Source: Actinomycetota bacterium
GTDB lineage: Bacteria; Actinomycetota; AC-67
Reading direction: 5' to 3'
Assembly (NCBI GenBank): GCA_041658565.1
Contig: JBAZZY010000010.1
Span: 11,881-75,880, forward strand
Length of the DNA stretch: 64,000 nt
Shown: positions 37,795 through 47,328 of the stretch, piece by piece
Position numbering within the stretch: position 1 is the first letter of the stretch
Layout: each line of letters opens with the position of its first letter
Notes under the pieces: model-generated
Told to the model about the DNA's origin: nothing
Database searches by the model: none
What the model saw: only the letters and a program-made list of their open reading frames with translations
Position numbers and translations under genes: made by a program

Positions 37795-39693
37795 CTAGCC
37801 GGCGGGGTCGGACTCCGCCCGCTCCGGCGGCACGGCCGGCCGAGGCGGCTGAGCCGGCAAGGCTTCAGCCGGGTCTCCCGGCGCGCGCGGGATCTGGGGG
37901 AGGTCGGAACGCCGGCGCTGCGGAAGCGCCGGCGCAGCGGCCGAAACCGGCAGCAACACGGTGAACGTGCTCCCACTGCCCAACTCACTTTCCAACTGGA
38001 CCGACCCGCCCATCGCCAGCGCAAGTTGTCGCACGATGAACAGCCCGAGGCCTGCTCCGCCGGTCTCCATGCGCAAAGGGTCCTCGAGACGCTTGAATTT
38101 CTCGAAGATCTCTTCAGTGCGGTCCGGCGGAATGCCCCGACCCTCGTCGCGCACTCTGATCTGTATCCACTTCCCCGTCTGCTCAGCCTCGACGTCGACC
38201 GGAGCCCCATCGTCGGAGAACTTCACGGCGTTAGAGACCAGGTTGGCAACGACCTGCTCGATTCGAATCGCATCACCCAGGACCGTGAGGTCCTCCGCCG
38301 CCTGAAAGCGGAACTCCCGCGAGGGGTGCGAGACGCGGAACGACCGCAGCGCGCGCTCGACCACCGGAACGACCGCAACCGGTTGCCGATTGACCTCCGG
38401 CATCCGCCGCTCGTCGGTGTTCGCGATCCGCGACGCCAGCAGCATGTCCTCAACCAGCCGCGCCATGTGATCGGTCCGCTCCAGAATGGACTGCACGGCT
38501 TCGCGGCGACGCTCGCTCGGCAAATCGTCCATGCGGCGAAGCAACAACGACGCGTATCCCTTGATCGGCGTGAGCGGAGTCCGCAACTCGTGCGAGACCG
38601 TCGAGAAGAAGTCGTCCTTCAACCGATCGACTTCGCGCTGCCGGGTCACGTCGGTGACGACCAAGACATCAAAGGTCAGCTCTCCGCGCTCGTCGAACCC
38701 AGGTCCGTGTTGAACGCGCAGCCAACGCGGAGTCCCGTCGGCAGCGATGATCTCGATGTCGACCGGCTCGCCCTCAGCGGAAACGTCGATCGTAAGCCAC
38801 TGGCCGAAGACACCCTTGCCTCGCAGCAGATAGGACAGCGCTTTGCCGGTCGCTTCCTCGCGCGACACGCCGGTCGCGCGCTCCATCGAAGGGCTCCACA
38901 AAAGGACGGCCCCCGACGCATCGGCAAGCACGATCCCTTCGCTCGAATGCTCCAGAATCCGGCCGAGCTTGGTGGACTCCTCCTCCATCTTGCGCGACAG
39001 TTCCTTCTCTTTGACCCAGCCTCCAAATGCCAGGTGCAGAGCAAGCGTCGGGGCGAGAACGGCCGGCAACAACTCGGGCCGCGTCAGATACAGGGACACC
39101 GCCACCATCCCGACCGCCGAGTTGCCAAGACCGAGGGAGAACGACATCCCCCCCTCCTCCGCGAGAACCTTCCGCAGCGGACGATCGGTCGTCGCGGCGA
39201 TGATGGCCGAGATCGTCACCAAGTTGCCGGCCGTGAAGATCGCCATCCCGGCCACGATCGCAAGCAACCCGGCCGTCGAATCGAAGTCCCCACCGCCGAA
39301 GGTGTGGTACAGCCCGATGGCCGGGACGATCCCGACCGCGTACTGACCCAGGTTGAAGATGAACTTAACTAGTGGCCGGCGCCGAATCACGAGCGCCACG
39401 GCGAGCCCGCCGATCGAAACCAACGCCGCCATCGAGGCCGGCAGCAGCACGATGTCGGCAACGACCGCCAGTTCGAACAACGTGAGCATCTCGGCCGACC
39501 GGCCGTGGCGATAGCGGATCGCGACGAGTTCCGACACTGCCGTCAAGCCGAGCAGAAGCCCGGCCTGATGCGCCGATGTCCCCGAGAACGACGGCGGATC
39601 GGCGAGACACGCGGCCGCCAAGGCAACGGCCCCGCCGATCGACACTGCCCAGATGAGAAGAGTTGTGGCTTGTAGCTGTCTCCCCCGAGTCAC
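37795..39693 (-). CDS. Membrane sensor histidine kinase: polytopic N-terminal domain (paralogous to the GGDEF-EAL protein N-terminus), PAS-like, HisKA, HATPase
   Basis: [18 protein letters not shown] in the TM domain. H-box [19 protein letters not shown] boxes. Pro-rich C-terminal tail. Confidence 0.85.
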   Translation of the reverse strand: MTRGRQLQATTLLIWAVSIGGAVALAAACLADPPSFSGTSAHQAGLLLGLTAVSELVAIRYRHGRSAEMLTLFELAVVADIVLLPASMAALVSIGGLAVALVIRRRPLVKFIFNLGQYAVGIVPAIGLYHTFGGGDFDSTAGLLAIVAGMAIFTAGNLVTISAIIAATTDRPLRKVLAEEGGMSFSLGLGNSAVGMVAVSLYLTRPELLPAVLAPTLALHLAFGGWVKEKELSRKMEEESTKLGRILEHSSEGIVLADASGAVLLWSPSMERATGVSREEATGKALSYLLRGKGVFGQWLTIDVSAEGEPVDIEIIAADGTPRWLRVQHGPGFDERGELTFDVLVVTDVTRQREVDRLKDDFFSTVSHELRTPLTPIKGYASLLLRRMDDLPSERRREAVQSILERTDHMARLVEDMLLASRIANTDERRMPEVNRQPVAVVPVVERALRSFRVSHPSREFRFQAAEDLTVLGDAIRIEQVVANLVSNAVKFSDDGAPVDVEAEQTGKWIQIRVRDEGRGIPPDRTEEIFEKFKRLEDPLRMETGGAGLGLFIVRQLALAMGGSVQLESELGSGSTFTVLLPVSAAAPALPQRRRSDLPQIPRAPGDPAEALPAQPPRPAVPPERAESDPAG

Positions 39694-39702
39694 GAGTGCA
39701 GC

Positions 39703-41379
39703 CTACCCCCAGCCGTCTGCATCCCAGCGACGGGCGTCCCAGCGGCGTGCGTCCCACTGGCCGGCATCCCAACGCCTGGCGTCCCAGCGGCGTGCATCCC
39801 AGCGGCGTGCGTCCCAACGGCGCGCGTCCCAACGGCGCGCGTCCCAGCGGCGTGCGTCCCAACGCCTGGCCGCCCACTGCCTGGCCGCCCACTGGCGCGC
39901 GGCCCACTGCCTGGCCGCCCACTGGCGCGCGGCCCACTGCCTGGCCGCCCACTGGCGCGCGTCCCAATCGTTCAAGTCCCAACGACGGGCGTCCCAGCGA
40001 CGCGCTGCCCACTCCTGCGCCCCGTCGGCTCGGCTTCGGACCCACTCCGCATCGAGCCCGCGCGGCATCCACGGCTTGTCGAGTTCGCCGAGATCGGGAA
40101 CCGGCGGAAGCTCCGGCATTTCTCCATCGAAGAGGACTGCTTCGTTCGCGTCGACCTCGCCGGCTCCGACCGAGTCGGGGTCGCCGTCGGACACGTCCGC
40201 TGCCGTCGCCTGCATTAACGCCTTGACTTCGTCCGGCGACAGTTCAGGCTTTGCTTGCAGGATGAGCGCAGCCGCACCGGCGGCAGCCGCCGAGGACATG
40301 CTCGTCCCCGAGCCCCTGAAGTATGCGTCGTCCACGCGTGCCGACGGGTACTCCTCGTCGATCGTCGAGCCCGGGGCGCGAAGTGAGACGAGGTGCTCGC
40401 CCGGCGCAGCGATGTCGGGCTTCTCGTCGCCCCATCGCGTCGGACCGCGGCCTGAGTATTCCGAAACCGTGTCGTCGCCCTGGGAACCGGTCGCGTGGTC
40501 GTCAACCGAACCGGCCGTCAACAGCACCGGGTCTTCGCCCGGAGAAGCAATCGTCTTCGCGTCGGGACCCTCGTTGCCGGAGGGAACGACAACTACGATC
40601 CCGCGCGCCCACAACTCGCGCAACGCGTTGGTCAGCGGATCGAGTTCCGGCGGCAACGGCGACTCGGAGTGCAGCGCGAGCAACACGACGCCCACGTTGA
40701 ACCGGTTGGCCGAGACGTCTACGAGCTGGATCCCCGCCAGCACCTGTCCGAGACTCGTCATCCCCGAGCGATCCGCGACCTTGACCGACATCAAGTTCGC
40801 CTCGGGAGCAACCCCGACGTACTTCCCGTCGGACGATGCCCCGTTCCCGGCGATGATGCCCGCCTGGAACGTGCCGTGTCCGTAGGTGTCTTCGAGACTC
40901 CGCTCTTTGGTGAAGTTGGCGCGCGCAACCACGCGGCCACGAAGGTCGGGGACGTCGGCGATGCCTGTATCGATCAGCGCCACCGTGACACCGCGGCCGG
41001 TGATCTCCCGACTCCACAGTGCCGGCGCGCCGACGGCTTGCGGGTACGCCGAGACGAGTGCGTCGCCGTACGATGCGCTCTGCAAGTGCAGGGTTCGGTC
41101 GGGAACCACAATGGCGCGCGCGGACAGTTCGTCCATGCGAGATTCGGGCACGCGCGCAGAGACGCCGCCGATGATTGGCAGAACGTTGTCGATCTCGCCG
41201 CGGGCTCCGAGAGTCAGATCAACCGCGGACGTAGCGTCGCGGCTCATCACGATCACGGGGACGTAGCGGCCAAGAGCCTCCACAGCCGGCGCTCCGCCAA
41301 GAACCAGCAGCAACGCCACAACCATCGTCGTCGCCAGACGGCGAACTCGATGCTGCTCCGCAAACACGAGCGTCGTCAT
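39703..41379 (-). CDS. Secreted S8 subtilase with I9 propeptide and about 21-unit C-terminal (A-R-R/Q-W-D/A)n tryptophan-pentapeptide repeat tail
   Basis: Signal peptide. Triad contexts VALIDTGIADV, YGHGTFQAGIIAG, GTSMSSAAAAGAAALI. C-terminal about 105 aa: …RRWDARRWDLNDWDARQWAARQWAARQWAAR…RRWDARRWDARRWD…. Start overlaps the stop of the upstream receiver gene by 4 bp. Confidence 0.85.
   Translation of the reverse strand: MTTLVFAEQHRVRRLATTMVVALLLVLGGAPAVEALGRYVPVIVMSRDATSAVDLTLGARGEIDNVLPIIGGVSARVPESRMDELSARAIVVPDRTLHLQSASYGDALVSAYPQAVGAPALWSREITGRGVTVALIDTGIADVPDLRGRVVARANFTKERSLEDTYGHGTFQAGIIAGNGASSDGKYVGVAPEANLMSVKVADRSGMTSLGQVLAGIQLVDVSANRFNVGVVLLALHSESPLPPELDPLTNALRELWARGIVVVVPSGNEGPDAKTIASPGEDPVLLTAGSVDDHATGSQGDDTVSEYSGRGPTRWGDEKPDIAAPGEHLVSLRAPGSTIDEEYPSARVDDAYFRGSGTSMSSAAAAGAAALILQAKPELSPDEVKALMQATAADVSDGDPDSVGAGEVDANEAVLFDGEMPELPPVPDLGELDKPWMPRGLDAEWVRSRADGAQEWAARRWDARRWDLNDWDARQWAARQWAARQWAARQWAARQWAARQWAARRWDARRWDARRWDARRWDARRWDARRWDARRWDAGQWDARRWDARRWDADGWG
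39706..40020 (-). repeat. 15-bp-period tandem repeat (about 21 units) encoding the Trp-pentapeptide tail
   Basis: …gcgtcccagcggcgtgcgtcccaacggcgcgcgtcccaacggcgcgcgtcccagcggcg… Strict 15-nt period with unit variants (cagcggcgtgcgtcc / cactgcctggccgcc / cactggcgcgcggcc). Confidence 0.9.
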
Positions 41380-41756
41380 GCCGCCACCCCCGACGTCAGA
41401 TCGTGGACAACGTTGATCAGGTCTTCGGGCTCGAACGGCTTATTCATGTAGTAGTGACAGCCGGCGCTCCAGCCCTTCCATGTGGAGTCGGGATCGTCGA
41501 GCGCGGTCAGCATCACGACGGGGAGTTCTCGAGTGCTTTCCTGGGCGCGGATCTTCTCGAGTACAGCGAACCCGTCCATGCCCGGCATCATCACGTCGAG
41601 CACAACAAGGCTCGGAGTGCGAACACGGATGCGCTCGAGCGCGGTGGCACCATCGCCCACCGCCTCGACCTCATAACCTTCCATCTCCAGCGTGTGCTGG
41701 AGCAGTGTTCGGGTGGCGAGGTTGTCCTCCACGACCAAGATCCTCGGACTACTCAT
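41376..41756 (-). CDS. Single-domain response regulator (CheY-like receiver, no output domain)
   Basis: MSSPRILVVEDN…LVVLDVMMPGMDGFAVL…VVMLTA…KPF has the receiver aspartate and lysine contexts. Confidence 0.8.
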   Translation of the reverse strand: MSSPRILVVEDNLATRTLLQHTLEMEGYEVEAVGDGATALERIRVRTPSLVVLDVMMPGMDGFAVLEKIRAQESTRELPVVMLTALDDPDSTWKGWSAGCHYYMNKPFEPEDLINVVHDLTSGVAA

Positions 41757-41925
41757 CGTCGTCCCCTGTGTCCGCCAAGACCGGCAAAAGCTGCCTGTCA
41801 CTGGTGTATATATCGGCGCTCTTCGCGAATCCCTCCAGACCAGGAGCGGTGCTAAATGAGCGACACGAAATGACTAGAAGAGCGGGGACTTCGGTCGGTT
41901 TCGGACGAAATCGCGGAAGCGAGGA

Positions 41926-42825
41926 CTACTCCGAGCGAAGCAGCGCAAGGTCCGCGAGGTCGTAGCGATCGAAGTCGTCGGGCGGCCCGCCGGAAAGAAG
42001 GGCACCGATCGATATGTCTTCTATCGCCCAGAACATCACCGACGTCTGATATCGCGAGTGGTATCGGTGGTCGGGATCCTCATGCGCGTACTTGCTGGTG
42101 TAGCCGAGGTTCACCAGCGCGAGCAAGTGCCCGACCTCGTGCGTGAGCACCGACCGCTCGATCGCCCCCGGCTGCACGAGTGAGGTGGAGGCCGAAGAAA
42201 TCTGGTCGGCGAAGATCGCCGCTCCCGAGGCTTCGTACGCCACTCCGAGAGTCGAGTCATCCCCCTGCAAGGTTCCGTTCAAGTACACGATCCACATCGT
42301 TGCCGTCTGCGCCGACGAGTGGATCGTTCGGTACCGGCGCTCGAGGCGCCCGATCTCTTCAATGGAGTATGCATCCGACGTCGGCGAGAACTCCGGGCCG
42401 ACGCGAAGCGTGATTCCACCCGGCTTGTCGGCCTCCCGGCGCAAGATCGAAAGGACGTGATCCAACGCGGCCTGCGAAGGGCGGCTGCCGCTGGTGTAGG
42501 CGACCTGGATCTCCAATGCGCGCGCCGGCGACGCGCGCAGGTACGACCGCGCCATCTCACCCACCCCGCCGGAGTCCTGGTAGACGCGGCTGGAAGGCGT
42601 CGAAGACGCCACTCCGGTGCCAGTGCCGCGCGCCGCAGTGGGAGACGGACCGACGCGCGCCGGCGATGCCGCGGACGACCCGCCGGAGCGACGGGGTGAC
42701 GGAACACCCGAACCGTAACCAGCCGACGGCCCGGTCGGAGCCGCGCACGCCGTCAGAACCAACGCCGCTACGGCCGCAAGGCCGAGTGTCCGAAAGACCC
42801 GGGCGCGCGCCCCGATGACGCTCAT
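41926..42825 (-). CDS. Lipoprotein, putative zinc metallopeptidase (HExxH)
   Basis: Lipobox LVLTACAAP. HEVGHLLAL zincin motif with downstream acidic residues. Ser/Pro-rich linker. Confidence 0.5.
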   Translation of the reverse strand: MSVIGARARVFRTLGLAAVAALVLTACAAPTGPSAGYGSGVPSPRRSGGSSAASPARVGPSPTAARGTGTGVASSTPSSRVYQDSGGVGEMARSYLRASPARALEIQVAYTSGSRPSQAALDHVLSILRREADKPGGITLRVGPEFSPTSDAYSIEEIGRLERRYRTIHSSAQTATMWIVYLNGTLQGDDSTLGVAYEASGAAIFADQISSASTSLVQPGAIERSVLTHEVGHLLALVNLGYTSKYAHEDPDHRYHSRYQTSVMFWAIEDISIGALLSGGPPDDFDRYDLADLALLRSE

Positions 42826-43994
42826 CCCATTCCGACGCCCTGGGCCCGCTGGTAGGTCTTGCCCTCAGACATGAACGACGCGCTCACAGCAACCTCCACC
42901 CGCTGAAAATCGCGGATGTTCTGGTAGCCGCAGTCGGCCATGCTCGTCTGCAAGGCGCCGAACAGGTTCATGGTCCCGTCGTTGACGGGAGCGGGTCCAA
43001 GCAGGATCTCACGAAGCGTTCCGGCAATACGCGTCTTGACGCGGGTGCCGCGAGGAAGTTCGGGGTGGAACGTGGCCATGCCCCAGTGGTAGCCGCGGCC
43101 GGGAGCCTCCGAGGCGCGCGTCAACGGCGAGCCGATCATCACAGCGTCGGCTCCGCATGCGATCGCCTTCGAGATGTCGCCGCCGGTGCGCATTCCCCCG
43201 TCGGCGATGACGTGCACGTACCGACCGGTTTCCTGCAGATGGCGCGTGCGCGCGCCCGCAGCATCGGCGATCGCCGTCGCCTGCGGAACGCCGATCCCAA
43301 GAACGCCGCGAGTCGTGCACGCGGCGCCGGGACCGACGCCTACCAAGACGCCGACGGCGCCGGTGCGCATCAAGTGCAGCGCGGTCTCGTAAGACGCGCA
43401 GCCTCCGACGATGACCGGCAGTTCGTACGACGCGATGAACTCCTTCAAGTTCAACGGCTCCGTACGCGTCGAGACGTGCTCGGCCGACACCACCGTTCCC
43501 TGGATCACCAGGATGTCCAACTCGGCGTCCAGGGCGATCTTGTGGAACCGCTCGACGCGCTGGGGCGTAAGCGACGCCGCAGCGACGACCCCGGCATCCT
43601 TGATCTGGCGAATACGCTTGTGGATCAACTCATCCTTGATCGGTGCGGCGTATATCTCTTGCATGCGGTGAGTCGCCTCGGCATCCGGGAGGGTCGCGAT
43701 CTCCTCGTAGATCGGATCCGGGTCCTCGTACCGAGACCACAGGCCCTCGAGGTTGAGCACCGCAAGACCACCGAGCTGGCCGATCTCGATCGCGGTCGCG
43801 GGAGACACGACCGCATCCATTGCGGACGCAAGCAACGGAAGCGAGAACTTGAAGGCATCGATCTCCCAAGAGGGATCGACGTCGTCCCGGTCGCGCGTCC
43901 GCCGTGAGGGAACGATCGAGATCTCGTCGAATCCGTACGCGCGCCGCGCCGTCTTGCCTATCCCAAGTTCAACTTCCGCCATGCCGTCCTCCAA
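42822..43994 (-). CDS. guaB3: IMP dehydrogenase-family protein lacking CBS pair (GuaB3-like)
   Basis: FDEISIVPSRRTRDRDDV…IVGGCASYETALHLMRTGA…IADGGMRTGGDISKAIACGADAVMIGS TIM-barrel IMPDH motifs. About 390 aa without CBS insertion. Confidence 0.85.
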   Translation of the reverse strand: MEDGMAEVELGIGKTARRAYGFDEISIVPSRRTRDRDDVDPSWEIDAFKFSLPLLASAMDAVVSPATAIEIGQLGGLAVLNLEGLWSRYEDPDPIYEEIATLPDAEATHRMQEIYAAPIKDELIHKRIRQIKDAGVVAAASLTPQRVERFHKIALDAELDILVIQGTVVSAEHVSTRTEPLNLKEFIASYELPVIVGGCASYETALHLMRTGAVGVLVGVGPGAACTTRGVLGIGVPQATAIADAAGARTRHLQETGRYVHVIADGGMRTGGDISKAIACGADAVMIGSPLTRASEAPGRGYHWGMATFHPELPRGTRVKTRIAGTLREILLGPAPVNDGTMNLFGALQTSMADCGYQNIRDFQRVEVAVSASFMSEGKTYQRAQGVGMG

Positions 43995-44126
43995 AGATCA
44001 AATGCGCGCCGCCGACGGTCCGCTCGCCGGTCCCCAAAGAGTAACGGAGAAGCCGCCACGGCGCAGGGACGCCCCAAAATGCGCGAAGAGCGGCACTCGG
44101 CCGCCCTCCGAACATGTATTCAGTTC

Positions 44127-44423
44127 TTACTTGCTGATCTTGGCGAGCACGTCGCGCGCACTCAGCACCAAGTACTCCTCGCCTTCGACCTTGACCTCGG
44201 TGCCGCCGTACTTGGAGTAAATGACGCGGTCGCCGACCTTGACGTCCACGGGGACACGCGTGCCGTCCTCGAAGCGCCCGGGACCGACGGCCACGACTTC
44301 GCCCTCTTGCGGCTTCTCCTTCGCGGTGTCCGGGATGATGATCCCGCCGGCAGTCTTCTGGGTCCCCTCGTCGAGCGGCCGGACGACAATCCGGTCCTCA
44401 AGAGGCTCGAGGTTGAACGCCAT
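44127..44423 (-). CDS. groES: Co-chaperonin GroES
   Basis: [49 protein letters not shown]… 98 aa. Confidence 0.95.
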   Translation of the reverse strand: MAFNLEPLEDRIVVRPLDEGTQKTAGGIIIPDTAKEKPQEGEVVAVGPGRFEDGTRVPVDVKVGDRVIYSKYGGTEVKVEGEEYLVLSARDVLAKISK

Positions 44424-44471
44424 GTATATCCCTCCCTGGTCTATGCCTGTTTCAAAGCCTGATGGTGATGC

Positions 44472-44498
44472 TTAGCACTCACCCCAAGGGAGTGCTAA
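44472..44498. promoter_or_regulatory. CIRCE element (HrcA operator) TTAGCACTC-N9-GAGTGCTAA, about 50 bp upstream of groES
   Basis: Perfect consensus inverted repeat read directly: ttagcactc accccaagg gagtgctaa. Confidence 0.9.
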
Positions 44499-44658
44499 GC
44501 GGCAACTATAGAGTTCGGCGCGCAGGCCAGTCAACCCGCCGGACGCTCGCTCGCCTCTCGCTTCACCCCTTCCGGGCCCCTGCATGATTTGACGGCGCTA
44601 GTATGTTCGGGCAGCCTAACATTCACTACAGGGTTCCCCTTACAGGAGAGGAAACAGA

Positions 44659-45690
44659 ATGGCGCGGCGGATCATCATCATCGGACTTGCGCTGCTGGCG
44701 CTCACCGCGGCTTCCTGCTCCACGCCGAATCGGGAGGCCAAGCCGGGCGGCAACAAGACGCCCTCCGGGGCGATCACGGTTTACTCGGGGCGCGAGAAGG
44801 ACCTCGTCGCACCCCTGTACGAGCGATTCACAGCGGCAACCGGCATCACGGTCAACGCCCGCTACGGGGACACCGCGGAACTCGCGGCACAGATCCTCGA
44901 AGAGGGTTCGGGCTCCCCCGCCGACGTGTTCTTCGCGCAAGACGCGGGGGGACTCGGCGCCGTATCGGCGCGAGGGCTCTTCGAGCCACTCGAGGAAGCG
45001 ATCACAAACAAAGTCGAGTCTCGGTTCCGCGCGAGTGATCGATCTTGGGTGGGCGTCTCGGGGCGCGCGCGCGTCGCCGTCTACAACACCGAGACCTTGA
45101 AGAGGGAAGACCTGCCGACTTCAATCCTCGGCTTCACCGATCCGAAGTGGAAGGGCAAGATCGGTTGGGCACCGACGAACGGGTCGTTCCAAGCGTTCGT
45201 GACGGGCCTGCGAATCCTCAAGGGCGACGATGCTGCGCGCGCGTGGCTTCGCGGACTCAAGGCCAATGACGCACAGGTCTACCCGAAGAACACGCCGATC
45301 GTCGAAGCTGTGAATGCGGGCGAGATTCAGGTCGGATTCGTCAACCACTACTACGTGCTGGAGATGATGAAAGATAACCCCGCGATCAAAGCGGCGAACT
45401 ACTTCTTCTCCGGCGGAGATCCCGGATCGCTCGTCAACGTCGCCGGAGTCGGAATCGTGAAGACGTCGCACAACGAGGCTGCAGCGCGACGCTTCGTGGA
45501 ATACCTGCTGGAAACGGAAGCCCAGGAGTTCTTCGCGACCGAGACCTTCGAGTACCCGCTGGTTGCCGGCATCAAGGCCGACCCGCGCCTTCCGGCCTTG
45601 ACCGCCCTTGAGCCTCCGGCCATCGACCTCTCCCAATTGAAGTCGCTCGAGGCGACCTTGACCATGCTCAAAGACGAGAACATCCTGTAG
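44659..45690 (+). CDS. fbpA: Fe(3+) ABC transporter periplasmic substrate-binding lipoprotein (FbpA/AfuA family)
   Basis: Lipobox LTAASCS. ITVYSGREKDLVAPLYERF…VFFAQDAG…NHYYV, typical of the FbpA family. Confidence 0.8.
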   Translation: MARRIIIIGLALLALTAASCSTPNREAKPGGNKTPSGAITVYSGREKDLVAPLYERFTAATGITVNARYGDTAELAAQILEEGSGSPADVFFAQDAGGLGAVSARGLFEPLEEAITNKVESRFRASDRSWVGVSGRARVAVYNTETLKREDLPTSILGFTDPKWKGKIGWAPTNGSFQAFVTGLRILKGDDAARAWLRGLKANDAQVYPKNTPIVEAVNAGEIQVGFVNHYYVLEMMKDNPAIKAANYFFSGGDPGSLVNVAGVGIVKTSHNEAAARRFVEYLLETEAQEFFATETFEYPLVAGIKADPRLPALTALEPPAIDLSQLKSLEATLTMLKDENIL

Positions 45691-45693
45691 AGC

Positions 45694-47328
45694 ATGCGCC
45701 CCGTCGAAAGGGACCCGGTTCTCGACACCCTCGAGCCGAGTCCCTCTCGCCCCCGGCGCCGCTCCGCGCCACGCTCGCTCATCGCCGGGGCCACCGTTGT
45801 CGGCGCACTCACAGTGCTGCCGGCCCTGTACCTCGTCGTGAGATCGTGGGAGGGCGGGCCGGACACGATTCTCGACACGATCCTGGACGCGCGCACAGCC
45901 GGCTTGCTCGTGCGGACGATTGGACTCGCGCTTGCGGTTACGGCCACGGCGGTCGCGATGTCGCTGCCGCTCGCATGGCTGACCGAGCGAACCGATTTGC
46001 CCGGGCGGAGGGCGTGGACGGTGCTGCTGGCGCTGCCTCTAGTCATCCCTACGTACGTCGGCGGCTACGTGTTCGTCGCGGCACTGGGGCCGCGCGGTCT
46101 CCTGCAGCAACTGCTCGAGCCGATCGGCGTGATGCGACTGCCGTCGATCTACGGGTTCGGCGGTGCGTGGCTCGTGCTTACATTGTTCACCTTCCCCTAC
46201 GTGTACCTCACCGCGCGCGCCGCGCTGCGCGGTCTGGACCCCGCCCTCGAGGAAGCGAGCATGGCCCTTGGACGATCCCGTCGGGAAACGATGCGGTCGG
46301 TTGTGCTCCCGCAACTCCGTCCGTCCGTCGCCGCCGGATCGCTGCTTGTCTCGCTATACGTGCTGCACGATTTCGGAGCGGTTTCACTGTTGCGATTCGA
46401 CTCGTTCACGCGCGCCATCTACATGCAATACACAGGCTCGTTCGATCGTTCACGCGCCGCGATCCTCGGGCTGCTGCTTATCTGCGTCACGGGTGTTCTT
46501 CTTTCCGGCGAGCGCCGCGCGCGCACTCGTGCGGCCTACTACCGCGCGCAGGGATCGGCGCCGCGTATTCCGACCCGGTCGGCCCTCGGCCGCCGGCGTT
46601 GGCCTGCGTTCGCCGCATGCGCCCTGTTGGTCACCGTCGCCCTGGGAGTCCCCATCGCGGTAATCGCGTACTGGCTCGCGCGCGGCGTTCGTGCCGGCGA
46701 GACGACCGGAGTCGCGTTTGCCGCCGCGGGACGAAGCCTGCAGGCATCCGGACTCGCGGCAGGCGCAGCCGTCATCGCGGCGTGGCCGATCTCGGTCCTC
46801 ACGGTGCGCTACCCGAGCCGCCTGACGCGCGCCCTCGAGCGCGCGTCCTTCATCGGCTACGCGCTCCCGGGCCTGGTCGTCGCCCTCGCACTCGTATTCG
46901 TCGGCGCCCGATACGTCCCAACGCTCTACCAGACGCGCACGATGCTCGTTTTCGCCTACGTCGTGCTCTTCCTTCCCCAAGCGGCCGGCGCCCTTCGCGC
47001 CGGCCTGCTCCAACTCAACCCGCAGATCGAAGAGGCCGCGCACTCACTGGGAAGCGGTCGCATCGAAACCCTGCGCCGGGTCGTGCTCCCGCTCGTGCGG
47101 CCCGGAATGCTCACCGGAGCCGCGCTGGTATTCCTCACGACGATGAAGGAACTACCGGCCACGCTACTGCTCGCCCCGACAGGTTTCGCAACGTTGTCGA
47201 CCGAAGTATGGAGCGCCACGAACTCGGCTTCCTTCGCGCGCGCCGCGATGCCGGCGCTGCTGTTGATCGTGCTGGCCGCCGGCCCGCTCGCCGTCATGCT
47301 GCTCCGGGGACGGGTGAGCGAACGATGA
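45694..47328 (+). CDS. fbpB: Fe(3+) ABC transporter permease (FbpB, duplicated 2x6 TM)
   Basis: 544 aa, two permease repeats. Confidence 0.8.
   Translation: MRPVERDPVLDTLEPSPSRPRRRSAPRSLIAGATVVGALTVLPALYLVVRSWEGGPDTILDTILDARTAGLLVRTIGLALAVTATAVAMSLPLAWLTERTDLPGRRAWTVLLALPLVIPTYVGGYVFVAALGPRGLLQQLLEPIGVMRLPSIYGFGGAWLVLTLFTFPYVYLTARAALRGLDPALEEASMALGRSRRETMRSVVLPQLRPSVAAGSLLVSLYVLHDFGAVSLLRFDSFTRAIYMQYTGSFDRSRAAILGLLLICVTGVLLSGERRARTRAAYYRAQGSAPRIPTRSALGRRRWPAFAACALLVTVALGVPIAVIAYWLARGVRAGETTGVAFAAAGRSLQASGLAAGAAVIAAWPISVLTVRYPSRLTRALERASFIGYALPGLVVALALVFVGARYVPTLYQTRTMLVFAYVVLFLPQAAGALRAGLLQLNPQIEEAAHSLGSGRIETLRRVVLPLVRPGMLTGAALVFLTTMKELPATLLLAPTGFATLSTEVWSATNSASFARAAMPALLLIVLAAGPLAVMLLRGRVSER

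Noticed and set aside
36122-37798. 558-aa plus-strand ORF
   Set aside because: Antisense shadow of guaA.
39653-40885. 410-aa plus-strand ORF full of ASQRRASQRR repeats
   Set aside because: It is the antisense reading of the 15-bp Trp-pentapeptide DNA repeat of the minus-strand subtilase gene. It has no start context and its composition is driven purely by the repeat.
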